Shown here in pieces: positions 10,341 through 23,919 of a stretch of 64,000 bases of DNA. The stretch comes from Azolla caroliniana. Lineage: Eukaryota > Plantae > Polypodiophyta. The position numbers and the translations under genes are program-made. The stretch covers positions 19,592,001 through 19,656,000 of the forward strand of contig JBHGNT010000001.1 of NCBI GenBank assembly GCA_043228905.1. The letters are read 5' to 3'. Under the pieces are notes generated by a model, which worked only from the letters and a program-made list of their open reading frames with translations, was not told the DNA's origin and did not search any database. Positions within the stretch are counted from its first letter, which is position 1, and each line of letters begins with the position of its first letter.

Positions 10341-13300
10341 AGCAATGGGCACGGTTTCGGCTCAAACCGAACCGAACCATTAAACCGTGGCTTAACAATT
10401 TATCGGTTCAAATATAAATACACAGTTTGGTTTGGTTAAAAAAGTGTTAGGTCGGTTTGGTTTTGGTTCGGTTCGGTTTTAAATTTGATGGTTTATCCGT
10501 TTATGCAGTTTATCGGTTCCTTATATATGTGGTTCAGTTTATAGGTTTATAGGTTCATACATACCCCTAGCCCTTGGGCCCTAATTTTTCAAACCATTCT
10601 CTAAGTTCCCACTTCTCAGTGCTCACTTTCAAGTTTTAATTTTAAAAATTAAACCTCATCCCTCTGTCAGACTGTCATGACTCACCGACTCATCTGTGCA
10701 CAATGCAAGAAGTTCGAAATGGAAGTGCATTGTGCTGGCGGCAACAGGCTAACATCCACTTCATCCCTCTTCCTATCATTCTATCTTCCTCAAGTATCAT
10801 ACCTCCATACTCCACTCCACTACACTCTTCTACCTCAACCTCTTATTGTTACTATTATAACACAGGTATCAATCAAACACCCTCTCTCACACACATAGGT
10901 TCTGTATCTTGGAAATATTCAAGAATATTATTATTGAAGGAGGAAACAATGTATTTGAATGATTTCTTTATGATATGCTGGGATGGATGTGTATTTTGTA
11001 CTCAATACTACCTAAGATACATTCTGATTTGTTAGCTTTTCGTGAGCTCGTGTGTACATATCCATGATGTGATCCTTTACTCTTTCTGAAGGACCACCTG
11101 CTTCTAGAAAGATTCCCAAGGTAAACTTGATATAGATGAGGATGTATCATCTATTTTAGATGTATGTGAGCTATAGAGATATGTAGAGATAATGTATTTG
11201 CTATTTGATTTCCTACAATATATCGTTGAATTAACTATTAGAAGATATAATCTAATAATGATTGAAGTCTGACTTGTTTGGTTGTGTTACAACTTAAATG
11301 GATTTGTTCGTCCATTTCTTTTATGCATCAAAGTTCTTTCTTCAAGCTTCGTTAACTCTATTTTTGGTATGTGGGTCCCAACATCTAGAGACAAATTTTG
11401 GACTATGGGAAATATATCAGTTTTGTCTGCTTACATTTTTATGTACGAGTGTGCTGTCTGCTAGTCTCAAAAAACATGTTCAAGTTTGTTTGTGCTCCAT
11501 TCTTTGATTTACTAGTCTCATATAATATGGCAAATAACCAAAAGTGAAGAAATTAGCAATTGTTTGTACCTATCTTTGTTTTAGGTAACTGCCAAAACTT
11601 GTTTGTACCCTCTTTTCGTGGTATGAATCACTGAATCCTCCATTGTCAAAATGTCAAACAAATGAATCACCTCATCAGGAATTACTAGGTTAACTATAAT
11701 CGCTAATAGTGATGGAGATATCTTTCTTGTTAATTCTTGCATAGTATGTAAATAATTTAACAGAAACCCATATAGTGGAGATTCTAGAAATTCAAAGATA
11801 ACCAGGCTCAGTTACACACCTTTTTAGTGAAACCTACTCACATACATAGCTTTTTAGTGAAACCTACCTGGGCTATGTTTTCTGTTATCATTTGGGAATC
11901 AGAGGGGCCATTGCTTCTAGCAAACAATATTCAAGAACATTTTACCACATGCTTGGTAACTAGGCTCAATTATACAGTTTTTTAGCATAACCTACCTGGG
12001 CTAAGCTTTTCGTTATCATTTGGCAATAAGAGGGGCCACCACATGCTTGTTATTGCACTAATTTCAGGACATTCTTGCACTAATTTTTGGTACATTAACC
12101 TTCCCTCACATTTTTGAGCTAATGCCACTGACTTGTAGAGGATGTTCGATGAACATCTTAGCTGCACACTTGGATAGACATTAGCTGCATGCTAGACATG
12201 CCTGAGCTACACATTGGAAATGTTTGTGAACGTTATCTACATTATTTTTGGACTCTAGTATTCGATTGAGACCAAAAATATGAAGATGATTTGATGTACA
12301 AAATAGTGAGATTTTTGTGAAATAAAAAAGTAAAGTAAGAGGGTGAAAAATGTGTGGAATTAATGATAAGGAGATTGGAGTGTTCCAATATTAATAATGT
12401 TTAAAGGTTTTTATTATATGCTCTAACTAACAAATGTTGTTCATGGAGAGGGTGAAAACCTACAAAATATAGGCTTATCTCTATTTGTTTTTCCAAAACA
12501 TTTAATTTTCCAACATTATACTTCTGAGATCTCTGAATATTTAGGAATGGGGGGAATTCATAATGCTTATGGTGGTAAACCTCCATTCTCAAGTTATGAG
12601 ACTGTAATAAAAATACTTACTCTTGCGACCATGTCACACATGTATATGTCTAGACATTAGATGAAATGCACAATGAGTGTTATAAGGCAATGTAACAAAA
12701 GGATGTCTTGCTATTTCATTTGGTGGCCATTTGCATACGTTAATTGAAATTTGGGATTTTTGTGATGACAAATCAATGTTCAGGATTGTACACAATCAAT
12801 AAATGCAAGTTCATGAAATTGGGATAGACAATGTATACCATTAATATATAGCATTGTATCCCATCGTATGCCTTGCATATTATTATAATATCCTTTTCAT
12901 GATTATAATATATATTGGTGAGAGTAAACATACATTTTTTTCATGCAACTTAGATAATGGGTTGATATTATCAAATAGAAATGTGGTGTTTAATTGGTCT
13001 TTGTTTTTAACTATATGGACAATGGATTGATATTGTCAGACAGAAATGTCATTTTAATGGATATATAATAAGATCTTTGGATCATGTAATTATAGAATGT
13101 GTCCATGAAATCTATCTATTATGTTTGCCAATTTCAATAGTCTAGTGTATCTTTCCTTGTCATGCGTTAAAACAGATGGTCTCTCTTTAATCTTTTGATG
13201 CATGATGACCTTCATGTGTTGATTAAATCAGGAAATTCTGTGCGTGAATTTTTAGTAATCTAATTCAATTCTATATAGCATCTTATAGCAAAGAAGGAAT

Positions 13301-14068
13301 GATATGTGCTATTTGAGTGATTGATATGAGCTGATTGAGTTTATAGGAACAACATTAAATGGAATCATCATCTCAAACTCATGCAACAATGGAGTCATCT
13401 TCAGATAATGTTAGCCATGGGCCAACAACTACAAGCAGCTCAAGAAAAAAGCAACACACATCATGGACAAATGCTCACATCATATATTATATGGATAATG
13501 GCACACCTCGACGATGATGCCATCATTGTGCTGTTTGTTGGTCTTCTACAACGTCCACAGGTACTATAGCAAAGCATTTAGCAGAAAAGCATCGTCTATC
13601 AAGCGATTCAAACCAAAATTCAGGTATATTGCGACACATTCAATCTTCTATTGAGTCTGCTAAAGTATCTCGTGTTTTAGAGAATAAAATTGATGGTACC
13701 ATCACGAAGTATATTGTCAAGGGAACATTGCCCCATGCACATGTGGAATCACTTGAATTTAAGGAGTTCATACATCAAATTGTGCCTAGATATCAAGTGA
13801 AGACAAGGCACACGATTAAACGTTCCATCTTAGAAATGTATGTGGTGTTGTGCCATAAGGTGATAGATTTGCTATCTACATGAGAATCAAGATTTTCCAT
13901 AACTTTTGATGGCTGGTCAAATAGTAGTCTAAAGGGCTTCTACTCGGTGACACTTCATTGGGCATGTCCTGAGACAGCAAGGTCGAGGTCAATGTTATTG
14001 GATTTTGTGCATGTATTTCCAGGTGTAGGATCAAGGAAACGTTGTGCACATGCCCTCTTTCGTCGACT
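10340..14068 (+). mobile_element. hAT DNA transposon, 3'-truncated
   Basis: Terminus TAGCAATGGGCACGG, subterminal AACCG/CGGTT repeats (10350-10540) and a transposase remnant. The right end is lost. Confidence 0.75.
13360..14068 (+). pseudogene. hAT transposase 5' part (BED finger and first catalytic Asp)
   Basis: W..H...CHHC...STTSTGTIAKHLAEKH (BED); LPHAHVESLEFKEFI; FSITFDGWS...VTLHW. Internal stops. Confidence 0.85.
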
Positions 14069-15289
14069 TCACTTTGTGCGTGAGCGGGTTCTGAGTGGTG
14101 CAGTTGAACTTCGATATGTTCACACGAATTAGCAGGTAGCCGACATCTTCACCAAGCCGCTTGGATCAGACAAGTTGCAACATTTTTCGGAGATGCTTGG
14201 CATTCAGCATCTTGACGTGCCGCACTTGAGGGGAAGAACGGAAACAGGTAATGGCACCAGACAAGGAGTCGGAGAGTTAGGAAGAGCTCAAACATGGGGA
14301 GATGAGCAGAAAAAGGAAGCCAAGTAGACCAAAGTAGTCGGCACATCCGAACAAGTCGGAGTAAACGATAACGGCGACAGAGTCAAGAAGGACAGAGCCG
14401 ACCGGAAGAAGAAGGCCAAGACCCGGACATGGTCTGATGTTGTGAACGGCCTAAAAACGGAAGACGGTTGGAGACTACCAACTCGGACAAGAGTTGGAAC
14501 GAATCGGAGGAAGCCGATTTAGTTCAAGATTCGGAGTAGACGGATCAACAAAAGGCCAAGCAGACGAGAAGGCATCGGAAGTTGACACCGACACGGAGGA
14601 ACCGATGGATCGACAAGTGCCGTAGTCATAACAGTGAAGGAGCTGAGATGGGCCCACTGAGCAAACAAGCCGAACAAGGAGGTCGAGGTGCGCAGTACCG
14701 GACGGGTCACGAGAAGCGGAACTGGATTGAACGAGGAGCGCGAGCAATGCGGGAGGACGTCAAAAGGAGCCGGAGGAAAGGACCAGTTACTGCAGACACT
14801 GACATCACGATCCTATCTCAAGTTGAGCTTGAGGGGGAGTGTTGAGCGAGGAAGCTCAACTGGATCCGGATCGTTTGGATAAGCCGGAGCCGGATCAGTA
14901 TCCGGAACGAAGAGCTAGATGATATCCGGAACCAGGAGCTGGATCGGGGAGACGGATTCAAATGTGAACTGGAAGGCTAGTAGTAGCCTATACTCCTAGA
15001 CTACTAGGTAGTCAAAGTCCTCATAGTTAGTGTCAGCCGCTCGTATGAGCATTGAAGTATATAGCACTTCTGTCAGTCCTTTTGAGGATTTGTATAAATA
15101 GTGTTGTTGAGCACGATTGTATGTATAGAGTTATAGAGTGTTATTTTTTAATTGAGTTTATAATCGTCTCTCTCTATCTCTCCCATATATGCTAAATATT
15201 CTGAAGCTTCCATTGAACCTGTTTTTTCTATTCTCTGTTGTTGCCCGGCTAAATTGGTTTTGTCAAGCTTCCGCACGCTAACTTTTATA
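14069..15289 (+). mobile_element. Copia 3' fragment: RNase H end, PPT, 3' LTR (14840-15289)
   Basis: HFVRERVLSG.VELRYV...QVADIFTKPL; PPT GAGGGGGAG then TGTTGAG. LTR end matches the family of 39389-43197. Confidence 0.85.
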
Positions 15290-18084
15290 GGCTTCTATCT
15301 CTATTTCAACGGATTTCAGGTCGAGCGGAATCAGAGTCAAATTTGTCTCTGATGCGTACCAGGATGCGGACTCGTCCAAAATGACGTCTCGAATTACTCA
15401 AGCTTTTCGCGTTAAGGGGTTATAGCACTTGTACCCCTTTTGCTCCAGTGAGTATCCTACGAGGATACATTTCTCCAACTTCGGGTCAAGATTTTGTCGC
15501 TTCTCATCTGGGATGTGCATGTATGCAATGGAGCCGAATATCCAAACATGTGATAGATCCGGCTTCTTCCCGAAAACTTCTCATCCGGAGTAAGTTCGTG
15601 CACAGCCGATGTCGTACACCAATTCATGAGATAGATGCCTGTGTTGGTAGCCCAGTACGACTTTAGCATGTGCTTCTCGTTAAGCATCACCCGTGTTGTT
15701 TCGAGGATGTGCCGATTCTTTCGTTCGGCTACTCCGTTTGGTTGCGGTGTGTATCGACACGAAAACTCCTGCTTGATTCCTTCTTTCCAAAGAAAAACCG
15801 AAAATTCGTCGGAGAAGTACTCTTTTCCTCCATCTGACCGAAGCCATCGTACATGTCGGCCCGTGGCTTTCTCGACTTCATTCTTAAATTTTTGGAAGTG
15901 TTCGAACACTTCGCTCTTTTGCCGAATTGGGTAGATCCAGGTGTGTCTGGAGAAGTCGTCGATGAAGGCCACGTAGTATCGACATTCACCGAATGTAGCC
16001 GTTTGAGCCGATCCCCATACATTGGAATGAATTACGTCGAGTACGCCTTTGCTCACGTTCCTCTCCTTCAAAAACGGGTCCCGATGTTGCTTGCCGAATT
16101 GGCATGCTGCATATATGCCTTCAATCTCTTTCGATTGCATTGCCTTGAGCTTTTGGAGGTTGATGTGGCCAATCCGCTTGCGCCACAACTCTATGTCGGT
16201 GTCGGCCTTGGTGCCTTTTGCAAACATGGCCGATTTCATCTCGTGCGAGTTGAGAATGAATTTTCGGCCCTCTCTTCATCCACAAGCAATGAGTCGACCC
16301 TCTTTCTCGATGAAGCAACCGCCTTGATTAAATCGAACTTGCATCCCTTGCTCAACAATTTGGCTGACAGAGACCAAATTCTTCGTAATGGTAGGTACAT
16401 ACAAGACATTCTTAGTATAAGTTTTCTTACCTTCTTTTCTGAATAGAAGATTGCCGATGTGCTGAATACGATGAATAGTGTCGTCTCCAGTTTCGACATA
16501 GCCGGGTTGTTCCAACTCTCGAAGTTCTCGGAACCATTCTTCATGAGACACCATATGGTTCAAGGCACTGGAGTCGACGAACCATACGTCTTCCGAACTA
16601 GAGGCACTAGTTGAAGTAGAAGCCAACATAGAATTTTCTCTATGTGTCATCACGAACATTACGCCATGATTGTCATAGTCAAAGTTGGTGGCATAATTGG
16701 TGAATTGTCAACTTGTGGAAGTCGACTCGCACATCTTCTTACGACATTCTTCTTTGTGGTGACCAATTTTTCCGCAATATCCGCATTTGACCGAGTTTTT
16801 TCGGCTCAGACTAGAATGGAATCTCCCCCTTCTTCCGAAGGTTCCTCGATGGTTTCCGTCTTGTTGCCGAAATTGAGAGTTGTTTTTGTAAGTTGGGCCT
16901 CGTCCGCCTCGTGCTCGGCCGAAACAACCTCTTCTTGCACGACCGCGTCCTCTTCCTCAGTCCAAGTGTGAGTAAAGCATGTGGCCTTCTAAGGCATTGC
17001 TCCTTGTCCAAACGGGGTTTTCTTCGACCAACAACATGGATTGAAGCTCAAAGAAAGAGGGAGGATTCTCTTGTGCTAGTACGATGGTTCTCATCATGCC
17101 GAACCGTGGTGCAAGGCCGCTCAGGCATATTTGAACCATTTCGTCATCCTCCACGTTTACGCTTATTGAGCCGAGTGAGTCACAAAGTTCCTTGATCTTC
17201 AAGGTATATCTTGTGATGGACATATCCCTTTGTTATGTTGTTCAACTCTTGGCAGACTTGAAGCTTTCTCGCGGTCGTGTTGGCGGCGAAAATCTTTCGT
17301 AGATTCTCTCACGCTTCGTTTGGCATCTCGGCTTCTCGAATGTAGCCGAGCATGTAGTCGTGAACACATGTCACCAAACAATACATTACTTGGCTTGCCA
17401 CTTGCTCCCATGTTGCGTATTCGACGTCTTTCGGGTTGGGTCGATTTTCTTGTGCTCCTTTGATGTAACTCCAATAGCCTTGGCTGACAAGGTATTTGTG
17501 CATCTTGTACTCCAAAGATGAGAAGTTGTTTCGGTCCAACTTCTCGCTAGGGAGAGCGCTCCCCATTTGAGTATTCATGGTGTTTGATGTAGATGTCTTC
17601 GTTCTTCTTCTCTCTTCAATACAAGCTATGTAGCGACACTACGATAGCGATGAGCCGGTTCTTCTCGAACATCGGCATAGAACAGAACACACGCGAATGC
17701 GCTAGATCGAGCTACTAAACCGTTCTAATACCATATAAAGAATCAGATATGATACTTCTGCAGCAGAAGAGATGTGTGTTATGTGTATGTGTGAGAGGAA
17801 GGAGATGAGAGAAGAGAAAACAAAGGATGAATAGATGAATGAATAATGAAGTACTCAAGAAGAAGATGTATATTCACAAGTAAAATAACAAATACAAAAT
17901 GTAGCATTACAAGGAGTCACAACCGACTTAGTATGAAGTAGGAGAAGGGTGTTTTATATAAAGTCACCCTCTCTCTTCATTAACTCACTACAACAACAAC
18001 TCTCTATTGGGGAATGTGAAGACTCATAGTCATGGGGAATATAGAACTCATTAGTTATGTGTCATAGAATATGATTCTATGACA
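15290..18084 (-). mobile_element. Copia 5' half (LTR 17734-18084, PBS, gag, protease, integrase), degenerate
   Basis: PBS TGGTATTAGAA. Gag EKLDRNNF, protease WFVDS, integrase FIDDFSRHTW..LRSDGGKEY..NGVAERKNR. Confidence 0.9.
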
Positions 18085-18599
18085 CATAGTTAATGTGTAG
18101 AGAGTAGCAGTGTGACCCTTGACCTTTGACGGATCATAGATTCTCAAAGGGTGTGTTCACACGTTGCACTATGTTGATCTTGATTCTCAACAAGGCCGGA
18201 ATCAAAGTCAATAGAACCGGGAGAAGTTGGGGACGAGGTCGAAGTCAAGAGGGAGACCCACTTGCTTTTATTGCGGAAAGCTGGGGCACTTCCAAAAGAA
18301 TTGTCAAAACTTCCGGAAAGCCAAAGGGGGACCTGACAATCCAGAACCGAAGAAGATTTCGGAAAGAAGAGGAACATTGGCAATCACGACAAGTGAAGAG
18401 GAACTACTGCTAATCACCGAGGAGAGTAAGCTACACCTTGTCAGCGACGAGACAACATGGGTAGACGACTCCGGAACGTCGTTCCATCTGACTCCCGACC
18501 GGAAATGCTTCGCATCCTATAGAGTGGGAGATGACGGTTGTGTGAGGATGGGGAATGAAGGTGCATGTCAAATTGTCGACATAGGAGACGTGTGGTTGG

Positions 18600-18690
18600 T
18601 GTCAAGAATAATACTAAAATAGAGATAAATTAGTACTAAGAGATGCAGATTAGTTCTAAGAAGAAAAGAGGGTGTAGAACAGTCGAGATA

Positions 18691-18746
<56 letters not shown>

Positions 18747-19037
18747 TGATAATAACAATATATTAAGCGAAAGAATGTACAAGGATAGCTAGGAGGCTTA
18801 AGACTGGCGTTGAACTGATTTGGTTTGAAATAATGCCTTGTGCCTCCTTTTATAGTGTTCTCTGGAGTACTCCTGAAGTTTCTAGAATGTTCCAGAGAAA
18901 TCTGGAATATACATCAATTTTCTATAGTAAAACTTAAATGAAAATAATATCCTTTGTATTACAATACATAGCCTAATGGTAAGAGCTCGACCCATGTAAC
19001 ATACGGTCATGGGTTTGATTCTTGCCATATCATGACA
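18600..19037 (-). mobile_element. Solo chromovirus LTR inserted in copia pol
   Basis: TGTCA...TGACA ends and TSD GTTGG/GCTGG. The host frame IGDVWL-AMS..LLLKDV resumes after it. Confidence 0.85.
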
Positions 19038-19754
19038 GCTGGCGATGTCAATCAGGTGCAAGTTGCTGCTGAAGGATGTTTGACACGTTTCGGATGTCCA
19101 ACTGAACCTGATATCAGCCGATCGGCTAGATGATGAAGGCTACACTAGTAGCATCTAGAGCGGAGTTCTGAAGTTCAGTAAAGGGGGCCTGATCGTGGTC
19201 TAGGCCTAGAAGATCAACACCTTGTACCTCACGCATGCCCGGCTTTGCCAGAAAGTAAACGTGGCAACCGACATTGTCGGTGAGTTGTGGCACATGAGCC
19301 AAAAAGGGATGGGTAAACTTGCCAAGGATAAGCTCATTCCGGAGGTGAAAAACGTGCAGCTAGAGAAGTGCACCGATTGCTTGGCCATCGACAAGATGGA
19401 AAGAACGACTGGAGCTTTGTGCATATCGATGTATGCCAAGTTGACACGAAGTCCCAGGCCAGGTCACAATACTTCAAGACATTCATAGATGACCATAGCT
19501 GGAATTTGTGGGTCTCACTGTTGAAGACGAAGGATCAGGTACTGATTGTCTTCAAGGAGCTCTACGTGAGAGTGGAAAGAAAAACCGGTTGGAAGCTGAA
19601 GGCAGTCCAATCAGACAATGGTAGAGAGTACCATGGGCAGTTCTAGGAATATTGCCGGTCAAAAGGAATCTGACTCGAATTTGCCGTACTGAAGACACCG
19701 GAGCTGAATGGATTGGCCGGAAGGATGAACCGAACTGTGATGGAGAGAGTTTGG

Positions 19755-21205
19755 TGTCTCGAAAATACGACAAAGACACGTGAACTTGAGGCAGGATCGC
19801 AGGGCCTCCGGCTAGAGGATAGATATTCGTGCGTTTGTGTTTTACGAATTAACGGAAATGAGAAAGTTTGATCATTTTAATTACAAAGAAAAGAAAATTA
19901 CAATCTATCCCAAGATTGGGATTACAAAAGTTTAGGCTTAAAGAGATGAATAGATAAGAAAAATTAGGGTTTTTGAGAGATATGGCATCCGTAAGGGAAA
20001 TTAAGTTTTTTTAGAGATATGGCTTTGATATGGCTTCAGTAAGGAAAATTAGGGTTTTTTTGAGATATGGCTTCTGTAAGGAAAATTAGGGTTTTTCTAG
20101 AGATCTCTTCGATCCCTAAGGAAAAATTACGGTTTATGCGAGAGATAACTTCTGTAAAGAAAAATTAAGGGTTCTTGATTGATATGGCTTTGATAACTTA
20201 GGAAAAAATAATTAGAGTTTGGGTTTCTGAATGATAACTTAGATAAGGAAAATTAGGGTCTATTCGAGAGATGGCTTCCATAAGAAAAAATTAGGGTTAG
20301 CGTTTTTCATGATAGTTTTTTCCTTCCCTTCCATGAGAAAACAATTGCCTCTCCTTTTCTCCCCCCGTTACATGCGTCCACACATGTCCTTTACTTTAGT
20401 TGCATGGCCTCTATGTTCAGTTGCATGCGTCCACACATGGCCGTTACTTTAGTTGAATGGCCTCTACGTTCAGTTGCATGCGTCCGCACATGACCTTTAC
20501 TTTAGTTGCATGGCCTCTACGTTCAATTTCATGCGTCCACACATGACCTTTACTTTAGTTAAAAACATAAAGGTCGGCCCGTGCATGATCCAACCGATCC
20601 GTGTGTCCCGATCGACCCGCAACCGACCCATGCGACCCGACCGATTCGTGCGTCCCATTCCGAACCGTTCCAAAATTCTTTCGAGCAATTCGACCTTTAC
20701 TTTAGTTGCATGGCCTCTACGTTCAGTTGCATGCGTCCACACATGACCTTTACTTTAGTTAAAAACGTAAAGTTCGGTCCATGCATGATTCAACCGATCC
20801 GTGTGTCCCGACCGACCCGCGACCGATCCGTGCATCCCGTTTCGGACGTTCTTAACTGTTTCAAAATGGTTTCAGGTAATTCATCCACTCTCATCCATCC
20901 AGACAATTCAGCCACATCCACCGCACATTTCAAGCAAGATCACCCTAATCATTCTATGCTCCAAACACACACATATGTATCAATGGGTTCTGGGTCTAGT
21001 TATATACTGTTGGATCCGATGTTATCCTATCTATGTGGGATATCTTACAGTTTTGTTTCCCCCATCTTCTCAAACTTCCTACTCACATAACTTGATACTT
21101 AGTTGTCCATTTCATATATAATAAAATGCGTTCAGAAGCTCTTGAACACATCCCTCTTTTCATACCAAGACATTAGCCTAATCATGTGTGAAGAACCACA
21201 GGACA
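19755..21205. mobile_element. Long solo LTR with internal tandem repeats, inserted in copia integrase
   Basis: TGTC...GACA ends. TSD TTGG/CCGG (two C>T changes inferred). Host MERV-RSM frame resumes. Contains ~38-bp telo-box repeats (19960-20300) and ~53-bp repeats (20370-20760). Confidence 0.7.
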
Positions 21206-22267
21206 CCGGAGCATGCCGACAAATACTATGTTGTCGAAGATGTTTTGGGCTAAGGCACTGATGATGGCGACCTACGTAATCAACCGATCACCCTCATCAC
21301 CTTTGGACGGAGACACCACAGAAAGTATAGACCGGTAAAGGCATGTCTTATCGACATCTGAAGGTGTTTGGTTGTCTCGCCTATGTGCATGTAGCAAAGG
21401 ACAAGAGAGAGAAATTGGATCCGAAGTCCCGACTATTCATATTCCTTGGATATGACGATGATGAGTTTGGCTACCGAGTGTGGGACTTGGTCGACAAGAA
21501 GGTTTTCCGGAGTCGAGACACAGTCTTCATGGAAGACAAGACCATTGTCGACTGGGAGTCAGAGAAGAAGATAGTGGACTCCAGGTTGATCGATAGAAAT
21601 CGGTTGGAAGATTCTAGGACATATCCGGTCGGAAGCCGGATGTCCACCGAAGACCATGATGAACCGGCCGCCTTCAGACTGAGAACCGAATTGACTAAAG
21701 AAGAAGAATCAGACACCGGAACTGGACAAGACCTCGAATCGGATTCAGATGAAGAATGGACAGAAGAACCGATGGTCGAAAACCAAGGACGTAGATACCT
21801 CTAAGAGAGAGAAGGCCCCTCGGAGATTTCCGGATGCAAAACATGTTTTATTGACAGACGAGGGGAAGCCAAAAAGCTTTGAAGAAGCAAAGAAAGACAC
21901 CCACAACCACAAGTGGTTAAGTGTCATGTAGGATGAGATGGATTCCCTGCATGAGAACCACACATATGAATTGACGGAGCTGCTGAAAGGAAAGAGAGCG
22001 CTCCAGAACAAGTGGGTGTACAAGCTGAAATCGGGAGACGTCGGAAATCCACCGAGATACAAAGTCCGCATTGTGGTGAAGGGCTTCCAGTGGAAGAAGG
22101 GAGTGGATTTCAATGAGATTTTTGCCTCGGTAGTCAAGATGAAATCCATTCGGACGGTGTTGAGCATAAAGGCAAGCATGGACCTCGAGGTCAAGCAACT
22201 AGACGTCAAGAAGACATTCCTACATGACGATCTCGAGCATGTGCCTCTGGTTTGGCTCCGGTAAACC

Positions 22268-22804
22268 TGTCACGGACACACCAAGCACGAACTAGGATGG
22301 AGCACAAATGATGGTGCTACGAGTGACGGATGAACTTGGAGCTAGATGTGACGAGGCTAGGAATTCTAGACGTTGTGAGCGACATGAGGGCATGAAGACA
22401 GAAATAAATATCAAGGAGACAAAGATGAGGCGAAATGAGAATACTAGATTGATGTGTCAATTACTGGTGTTGAATCTCTTGAAAGGGACCAAGGATGTTA
22501 CAAGTATTTCTATAATTTCTAAGATAGAATATTTCTAGAATATACTTAAGAAATATCTCGAGAATATACTTAAGAAATATCTCGAGAATATACCAGTTTA
22601 GAATATACCACAAAATAATTCTAGAATATACTAACGACTAGAATATTCTCGAATGTACTATACAGGAGACTCTACAATATATCGAAGTTTACAATCGCAT
22701 GTGGACAGATCACATGAATTTCCATATGGTTAACACAACACAATGTACTCTGTGTGTTAAAAGTCAGAGGTTTGAGTCTAGAATGTGTTAAAAGTCAGAG
22801 GTTC
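22268..22804. mobile_element. LTR-like fragment inserted between copia RT and RNase H
   Basis: Starts TGTCACGG and has TCTAGAATATAC-type repeats. Host LEGFTDSD resumes at about 22805. Right end and TSD unclear. Confidence 0.45.
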
Positions 22805-23294
22805 GAGTTTAGAAGGCTTTACGGATTCAGACATGTCGGTTGATGTAGATACCATCCGGTCCACGTCCGGATACATCATGACTTATGCAAGGGGAGCGGT
22901 ATCATGGCAGTCAAGACTGCAGGAATCGGTGGCATTGTCGACAAGGGAAGTTGAATACATGGCAGCTGTAGAAGTCGGCAAGGAAGTAATCTAGATGTAG
23001 GACTTCATGGGAGAGCTAGGGACCCGACAAAAGGAATACCGACTCTACTTCGATAGTCAAAGTGCCATCCTTCTTGCAAAGAACATAGCCTACCACTCCC
23101 ACACCAAACACATCCAGAGAAGATATCACTGGCTTCGAGAAAAGGTAGAAGACCAAGATTTTGTCCTGACAAAGATCCACATAGAGGAGAATAGATCAGA
23201 TATGCTGACTAAAGTGTTGTCAGCCAACAAGCTAAACACATGCTAGAAACGAATCAGACTGAAGAAGACCCCATATGGGAGTGAAGGGGGAGAT

Positions 23295-23872
23295 TGTTGA
23301 GATATCGGTCCCTCCAGATGGGCATCAGAGAAGCCAAAGAAGAATGATCTGGATCAGAGTATTTGGAAGGATATCTCGAAACCGGATTGGATGAACCTAG
23401 AAGGGGTCCGGCTGGATCCGGTATCAACCGAAAGAGAGACAAATATGTAAATATGTTTCTTATGGGCGGTTGAGGCCACATTTGTAAATAGCCTGTAAGT
23501 TATATAAGTATAAATATAACTTAGGGAAAATATGATAGTACAAAATTGTCATTCTTAGTGTGATAGCCTGAGTTGTAGAGAGAGAGAGAGAGACAGAGAA
23601 AGAGAAACAAAAAGCATTTTTTGTTGTAACCGCCGGTAGGCGAAGATAGAGCTCGAGGTCGTTGCCACTAAGTCTCCCATTGTACCCTTCCTCCCTCATA
23701 GTGATAGTTGGAGTCTATGGGCTCCTGTGGTTTTTTCCGATTAGGGTTTTGATGTTAATATCCCATGTCACCTTGTTTTGACTGTGTAAGTGCATTCTAT
23801 CTACTGTTTTATTTTTCTATTTCTTCCATTGTGACATTGAGACTCAGTTGTGGCCGAGCACTATTCCATACA
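23295..23872 (+). repeat. 3' LTR of the copia element
   Basis: Follows the PPT; TG...CA ends; matches 8111-8883. Confidence 0.9.
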
Positions 23873-23919
23873 CTTCTCTCTACATCTCGTACTAATTCTG
23901 ATAGTACTCTCTCTCTCTC

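Larger units (their letters stand above)
8111..23872 (+). mobile_element. Ty1/copia element, heavily interrupted and degenerate
   Basis: LTRs 8111-8883 and 23295-23872 (TGTTGAGATATC...TACA). Degenerate Met PBS at about 8886. Gag from about 8930, knuckle CFYCGKLGHFQKNC at 18260, integrase, RT (21938-22240), RNase H (22805-23246), PPT GAAGGGGGAGAT. Confidence 0.9.

Noticed and set aside
10677-13300. Short ORFs inside the hAT element
   Set aside because: AT-rich UTR/intron-like DNA with no motifs.
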